From NCBI GenBank assembly GCA_002269645.1, contig NIVC01003138.1, positions 1 through 40,903 on the forward strand: a DNA stretch of 40,903 bases. Reading direction: 5' to 3'. A program made the position numbers and the translations under genes. This DNA comes from Macrostomum lignano (lineage: Eukaryota). The notes beneath the pieces are model-generated. The model saw only the letters and a list, made by a program, of their open reading frames with translations, was not told the origin of the DNA and did no database searches. The number at the start of each line of letters is the position of its first letter. Within the stretch, counting starts at the first letter, position 1. Of this stretch, positions 34,837 to 40,903 are shown piece after piece.

Positions 34837-35697
34837 TGTGCCAGGGTGCACACAACCCCCCTGCCTCTAATAATAAATAGCCAGTAGCTTAGGTAGGAGT
34901 CCGTGAGCCTGGGCAAATTGGGGTAAGGCCTAGGCCTATTACAATTTCATGTAGCCCCTCCCCTATTCAAATTTGAACAAGTCAAGATTTCATACTTGTG
35001 CAATTAAAATAAAAATGATCAATATGTGGCAGTGAAATTGTTTTCCATAATTATATCTAGGCCTAGGCCTAGTCTAGGTTCAGGCATGCCACGCAATGGT
35101 AACACCAAGGCAAAATTTGATTTTTTGGATATAGAAGCCAAATGGCAAAACAACAAATATAGACATAGACCAAATGCTCTGATATAATTTCATTGATGTC
35201 ATTGAAATTTTGGGAAGGCAATGCTCATAGCTCTCTAAACAATTAAATTATTAGGCAGGCAATTGCCTAACTAGCTATCTTGCCCTCATGAATTCTAGCT
35301 CTATTGCATCTGCCTAGGTTATTAAACCTATAGGGATTAGTAACCCTTTAAATCCAAATTAATAGCCAAATTTTTCAAGGGCTTATGGGATAATAACATA
35401 AGTGAAAAACCTTATTTGCATGATGTCAGTCTAAACCAACAGTTTTTTGTTTGTTTTATTTGTTTCTGTTTTTCTGGGCTTTAAACACAATGGGAATAAG
35501 AAATATAAAAGAAAGACAAGAGATAAAAAGGTAAAATGAAAGGCGCATGACCAAAATGGCCAGATACCAAGATAGGCGCCTAGCTATAGCTCTATGTCTA
35601 AATAGATGATAATAAGCCTAGTTCTATATATTTCATTCATTTTCTATTGGTAGTAATTAGGGAAACAGATGCTATAAGATATTATATTGGAATTGTT

Positions 35698-36273
35698 GGC
35701 TATCCTGCAGAATCATTTATTAAATTCACTGAATGTATATTTTTTTAACTATTGACATGAAACTTTCCAAAAATGAATGTTTTCATTAGGTATGCCAACA
35801 TTTTAGAAATGTTTAGAAGTGTCCATATTTGTTAGTTCAAAGGCTAGACCTAGATGAACCTCTTGAGATGGCATAATCTATGTTAGGGTAGAAGGTTGTT
35901 TACCAGCCATTTTTAAGTAGAAAGCACTTTATTTGCAGTATTTGTAGCTTAGCAGCGTCCCTCTCCTTAAAGCCCCAGAGTTCATAACTAATTTTGGTCA
36001 TAGACATAATTTTTGCCAGTGACATCAGTGCATAAATTCAAAATTGCATAGGCCTAATTGTTAATAGTTGTTAAATTTTGGAAAAATCCAGAAAAAACCA
36101 AGAAATTGCCAAGAAACCAAGAATTTAAATTACAACCCCCACAAATAGAATTTTAATACTGAAACACTTCTAAAATGTTGGCATAATGAAAGTATTCATT
36201 TTTGGCAAGTTTCATGTCAATAGATAAAAAATATACATACAGTGAATTTAACAGACCATTCTGCAGGATAGCC
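35698..36273. mobile_element. Fold-back MITE with ~115-bp TIRs starting GGCTATCCTGCAG
   Basis: Arms 35698-35814 and 36162-36273. Flanking repeat GAATTGTT/AAATTGTT (7/8), or an exact 6-bp AATTGT if the TIR is taken 1 nt longer. Confidence 0.75.
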
Positions 36274-36807
36274 AAATTGTTAATTTTATTTTATTATAAT
36301 CATTTCCTTTGGCTTTAGCTTTTATTGTAGCCTGACCTATACTATATATAGATATTTATTCATTACATAAAGCAAGTAGCCTAGCACAAAATAAATACAC
36401 TTGTTGCATATTTATCTCAATTTTTACATAGAATTACAAGTAGCAATGGTATTATTCAGTAAATAACGAAAATCAAATAAAAGGATTGCTGTATTAGGCA
36501 TTTAAAAAGAAGGATGAAAATGGATGATAATAATTATAGATAAGAAAGGTATTCTACTTTGCTTAACTTCTTGAAGCTTTTATAGTATAAAATATTGACT
36601 TTAATGACTTGCATATACTAAATGGGGCCAAATTGGTAAAAGTAATTAAAGAAAAAGTGCAATTCACTTGATATATAGAAATTATGATAATGTAGGGCAA
36701 GCTGATACCTTATCAGAGTGATTTTGATGCTTACAGACATTTTTAAATTATAGTACGAGTAACCCTGCTCTATTGCATGCTCACAGCTGCTCAGCTCACA
36801 GCTACTC

Positions 36808-39800
36808 ATGTCTCAGAGCAGCGCCAACTCCAGACAGCCACAGGGCCCAGGCGGCGCTGGTGACGGCCAGAGGCGGCCAGCTGGGGACCGCGTTGCAATT
36901 GGCAGTGGCCGGGATGTGAACGAGCTGGTTGCCAAGCTGCTGCAGATTCGGGATTATCAGCGACAGGTGCGAATTTTCTCGCTTTTTGTGGCCTGTTGAA
37001 CTTTCTTTGCTGGGGTTCAAGTCACTGCTAGTGTAAGTCTACATAGTGAGTGTGAGAGTCTGCATAGTGAGTCACTGCTAGTGTGAGAATCTATATAATG
37101 AGTCACTCCTAGTGTGAGTCTGCATAGTGAGTCACTGCTAGTGTGAGTCTGAATAATGAGTCACTGCTAGTGTGAGTCTGCATAGTGACTGTGAGAGTCT
37201 GCATAGTGAGTCACTGCTAGTGTGAGAATCTATATGAGTCTGCTAGTGTGAGTCTGCATAGTGAGTGTGAGAGTCTGCATAGTGAGTCACTGCTAGTGTG
37301 AGAATCTATATGAGTCTGCTAGTGTGAGTCTGCATAGTGAGTGTGAGAGTCTGCATAGTGAGTCACTGCTAGTGTGAGAATCTATATGAGTCTGCTAGTG
37401 TGAGTCTGCATAGTGAGTGTGAGAGTCTGCATAGTGAGTCACTGCTAGTGTGAGAATCTATATGAGTCTGCTAGTGTGAGTCTGCATAGTGAGTGTGAGA
37501 GTCTGCATAGTGAGTCACTGCTAGTGTGAGAATCTATATGAGTCACTGCTAGTGTGAGAATCTATATGAGTCACTGCTAGTGTGAGTCTGCATAATGAGT
37601 CACTGCCGGTGTGAGAGTCTGCATAATGAGTCACTGCCGGTGTGAGAGTCTGCATGATGAATCACTATCTGTGTGTGAGCCTACTAAAATTTCTTTTTTT
37701 ATTGATGCCGCCTGGAACTTTAGACAAACGTTGACTACCCTACTTTAGGTAGCGAAAATAAATGTTGGGAATCGCTTTTAAACCACGCCATCGAGTCAAG
37801 CCGCAGCCAAAGCAGAATTTTTTAGCTCTATTTTACAGTTTTTTCTCACTACTCTACTGACAGTAGCAGCAGTAGCAATTTGTTAGATAAAAATGATAAC
37901 TTAAATAAGTAAACTTTCAACTATCCTACTTCAAATGGCAATAAAAGTATATTTGCTTCTGAATTTATTTTGAATCGCAACGCGAGACAATAAAACTTTC
38001 TCTTCCCCACAGGCCCAGGCCCTGCGCCGTTCCGTTGGCGGCGAACAGGGTAGGAATCTGGACAGCCTGATGCAGCAGCTGGCCGCCCAGGAGGAGGAGT
38101 ACATCAGCTTGCTAGGCCGTCTGCTTCCAGGCAGCGGCGACGTGCCGGAGGCCGCCGTGGCAGCGCCGCCCGCCTCTGGCGCCGAAGACGACGGCGACGA
38201 TGATGATGACGAATTTGATGGCGAAGGCGAGGAGACCGGCGGCTCCGAAGCACCGGTTGACGAGAGCGTCGAGCGAGAGCTGGCGGCGCTGCGGTCCGAG
38301 CAGGAGCGGATGCGGAAACTGCTGGCCGAGCGGCAGGCCTTGCAGGTCTGGCCCGGTCTGGGCTATAACTCATTGAGATCATGAAAGCTCCCCTGTTGCC
38401 TGGAAACCCCCATGTAGTCAGGAAGGCTTTTCTGGACTTAAAAAAAGGGTCTGAAAAGTATTTCTGAGGTTTACGAGCCTCTTGAAGTCTGGGGGACCTT
38501 TTTAAGGTCATGAAAGCTTTCCTAAGCCCTTTTTCTCTCTGAGTCCAGGGCACCCTGGATAGGTGATAGGTCAGTGACCTCAACAAGAGGTCAGTGACTC
38601 CCAAACCTGAGGTCAGTGACACCAGCCTGAGGTCAGTGACTCCCAAACCTGAGGTCATGACTCCCAAACCTGAGGTCAGTGACTCCCAAACCTGAGGTCA
38701 GTGACTCCCAAACCTGAGGTCAGTGACTCCCAAACCTGAGATCAGTGACACCAGCCTGAGGTCAGTGACACCAGCCTCAGGTCGGTGATAACTATTGTTG
38801 ATCAAGCTTAAGCTGAGAGTTTCAGAACCACGCCACTCCCTGTTGCTGTGCCTGTAGGCCGACGCTCAGGAGGCGCTGAGCAGCCGCCGGCGCGAGCTGG
38901 GCGAACTCCGCGAGCAGCGGGACAACCTGCGCGACATGCTGCTGCGCCAGGAGCGGCTGCGGGCCAAGCAGGGCCAGGCGGTGGCCGCCATGCAGGGCGA
39001 GCAGGCGGAGCAGCGGCGCCAGCTGCATCTGGCCAGGCAGCGTGAGACGATGCGCGCCGAGGCCGGCGCCAAGCTGGCCGGCCGGCTGGCCGCTGCTGCC
39101 GAAGCCGAGGATGACGAGGAAGAGGAGGATGACGACCAGCCGCCTCCGCCGCCGCCGCCGATGCGCGAGGACTCGGAGCTGGAGGAGCGCGAAACTGTGA
39201 CATCGGCGGCCGCTTCGTCCACCGCTGGCGCCTCGGCGGACCCGGAGGCGCGGCTGGCGCGCCGCCTGACTGACCTGGAGGCCAAGAAGGCGCGTCTGGA
39301 CGCGGCGCTTGGCGAACTGAGCGCCCTCAGGGCCGCTGGGGTGGAGGCGTCGACCACCAGCACGGAGCAACAGGTGGGAATCACCTTGACAGTGTATGCA
39401 CAGGCTGTAGTAGTCCTGCTGTTTCTGTAGCACAGGCTGTAGTAATCCTGCTGTTTCTGTAGCACATGCTGTAGTAGTCCTGCTGTTTCTGTAGCACAGG
39501 CTGTAGTAGTCCTGCTGTTTCTGTAGCAGGTTTTGTTCGATTATGCCTTCAGATGAAAGATGTATGCAGAAATACGAAGTAGTTCCGGGGATTGTAATTT
39601 AGCGCGTTTAAAACCTGCGGAAGGTTCGACCACAGCATTAAGCATTTAACGGTTTACTAGTCTCAAACCTTCCGCCATCTTTGCTGCCGCAGGCGCTCGC
39701 CAGCTCCCAGCGAGCCAGCAACACCGCCGGCGAGGCCGCCAACCTCCTTGGCGCCATGGACGCCCGCGCCCAGCTGGAGAAGCTGCGCTCCGTGCGGGAC

Positions 39801-40903
39801 CGCCTGAGCGGCATCCGGCAGCTGGTGTCCTACTATCAGGAAGCGGCCGACTTCATTCACGGCCAGGGTGGTCAGTCATTGGATTTATGATTTCTGACCT
39901 CTATTTGATCCCAAATCTCACTGACAGATCCCAAATCTCACTGACAGATCCCAAATCTCACTGACAGATCCCAAATCTCACTGACAGATCCCAAATCTCA
40001 CTGACAAATCCAAATCTCACTGACAATCCAAATCTCACTGACAGATCCCAAATCTCACTGACAGATCTCAAATCTCACTGACAAATCCCAAATCTCACTG
40101 AAAGATCCCCAATCTCTGATAGATTCCAAATCTCTCTGACTGATCCAGTCTCACCGTCCCCGATCCCAGTCTCACCGGCCCGGATCCCAGTCTCACCTGC
40201 CGAATCCTAGTCTCAACGTCCCGATCCCAGTCTCACCGGTCCGAATCCCAGTCTCACCGGCCCGGATCGCAGTCTCACCGGCCCAGATCCCAGTCTCACC
40301 GGCCCGGATCCCAGTCTCACCGGCCCGGATCCCTATAACTTGCCTAAAACTTAGCTGTGCCGTCTCGAGCTCTCTCAAATCCAAATCTCATCGGTCCGCA
40401 GACTCTGATGCCGCGTCCGATCGAGGAGCGCAGCGGCAGCCGCGGCTGCCAAATCGTCGCTGCCGGCGGCCCCGGCCTCGGCCACGTCGGGCCGCAGTTC
40501 CACCAGCGCCACGATGTCGCAGCAGGAGGATCGGGCGCGTCGCCGACTGTTGAACTACGGCAGCAGCCTGGACGGCGATGACGGCTCTGAAAGGGGCGCC
40601 GCTCCCGCTGCTGCCGCTGCTGCTGTCTCATCTGGAGGCTTCAAAGGCGGCGGCGCGTCCGCCTCCTCCGAGGCCGACAGCGGGCAGTGGGCGGATGCGG
40701 ACCCGCTGACCCAGCAGCGGGCGCTGCAGCTGCGGGACGCCAAGGCCAAGCTGGCCAGGCTGCAGTCCCTGCTGGAGGGCGTCTCCTCCCTTGGCGGCAT
40801 GGAGGCCCGGCCGACCTGCCGGAGCAGCAGCTGTACGACCTGGCCGTGCTGGAGCAGTCCCAGGAGCTGCGCAGCTCATGGAAGAGCGGCGAGCGCCTGT
40901 CGG
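36808..40903 (+). CDS. PCM1: Pericentriolar material 1-like protein, 5' part. Exons 36808-36966, 38013-38345, 38858-39373, 39693-39867/39870, 40402 to beyond 40903
   Basis: LVAKLLQIRDYQRQAQALR..LMQQLAAQEEEYISLLGRLL and KLRSVRDRLSGIRQLVSYYQEAAD resemble the remembered vertebrate PCM1 blocks IVSRLVQIRDYITKA..EQEKSYMKFL and LKEVRKRLNELRELVHYYEQTSD. Splice phases are consistent. Apparent base-loss frameshifts at ~40418 and ~40808. Confidence 0.75.
37021..37665. repeat. Compound minisatellite built from GTGAGTCACTGCTAGTGTGA and GAGTCTGCATA modules
   Basis: In a PCM1 intron; higher-order block repeated several times. Confidence 0.93.
38569..38790. repeat. 22-bp minisatellite (GAGGTCAGTGACTCCCAAACCT)n
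   Basis: About 10 units in a PCM1 intron. Confidence 0.95.
39403..39530. repeat. 32-bp minisatellite (GCTGTAGTAGTCCTGCTGTTTCTGTAGCACAG)n
   Basis: 4 units in a PCM1 intron. Confidence 0.9.
39907..40335. repeat. Two adjacent ~20-bp minisatellites (ATCCCAAATCTCACTGACAG)n and (ATCCCAGTCTCACCGGCCCGG)n
   Basis: Share an ATCCCA.TCTCAC core; in a PCM1 intron. Confidence 0.93.

Noticed and set aside
1096-40335. Regularly spaced repeats as CRISPR arrays
   Set aside because: Units are head-to-tail with no unique spacers, lie in eukaryotic introns, and there are no cas genes.

Overview
Metazoan nuclear genomic DNA, not prokaryotic: GC-rich spliced exons, AT-rich spacers, and an intronic minisatellite in most introns. 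This style resembles the flatworm Macrostomum, but that is inference only. Four spliced genes can be modelled: importin-beta (KPNB1-like, +, 1643-11158, with the N-terminal ~160 aa not found), a DEG/ENaC channel (-, 21107-~16669), a ~215-aa uncharacterised protein (-, 32288-30213) and the 5' part of a PCM1-like gene (+, 36808 to the window end). The most interesting object is a seemingly full-length Ingi-type LINE (-, 21555-26010) with a 7-bp TSD, inserted in a 12-bp minisatellite just upstream of the channel gene. From its 5' end it carries an HDV-like ribozyme fold, a 2A/StopGo motif (DIEQNPGP), a PHD finger, APE, RT, RNase H, a CCHC knuckle and an (AAC)4 tail. The ribozyme can be completed only if P1 is split by two hairpins into a perfect four-way junction, which places G1 exactly at the TSD boundary. 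Also present are hAT-, Harbinger- and Merlin-like non-autonomous elements, a nested fold-back, a tRNA-derived SINE family and about 18 unrelated tandem arrays. Eight apparent single-base-loss frameshifts across all genes and the LINE look like long-read consensus errors, not pseudogenisation. All homology calls are by eye from remembered sequences; no searches were run.
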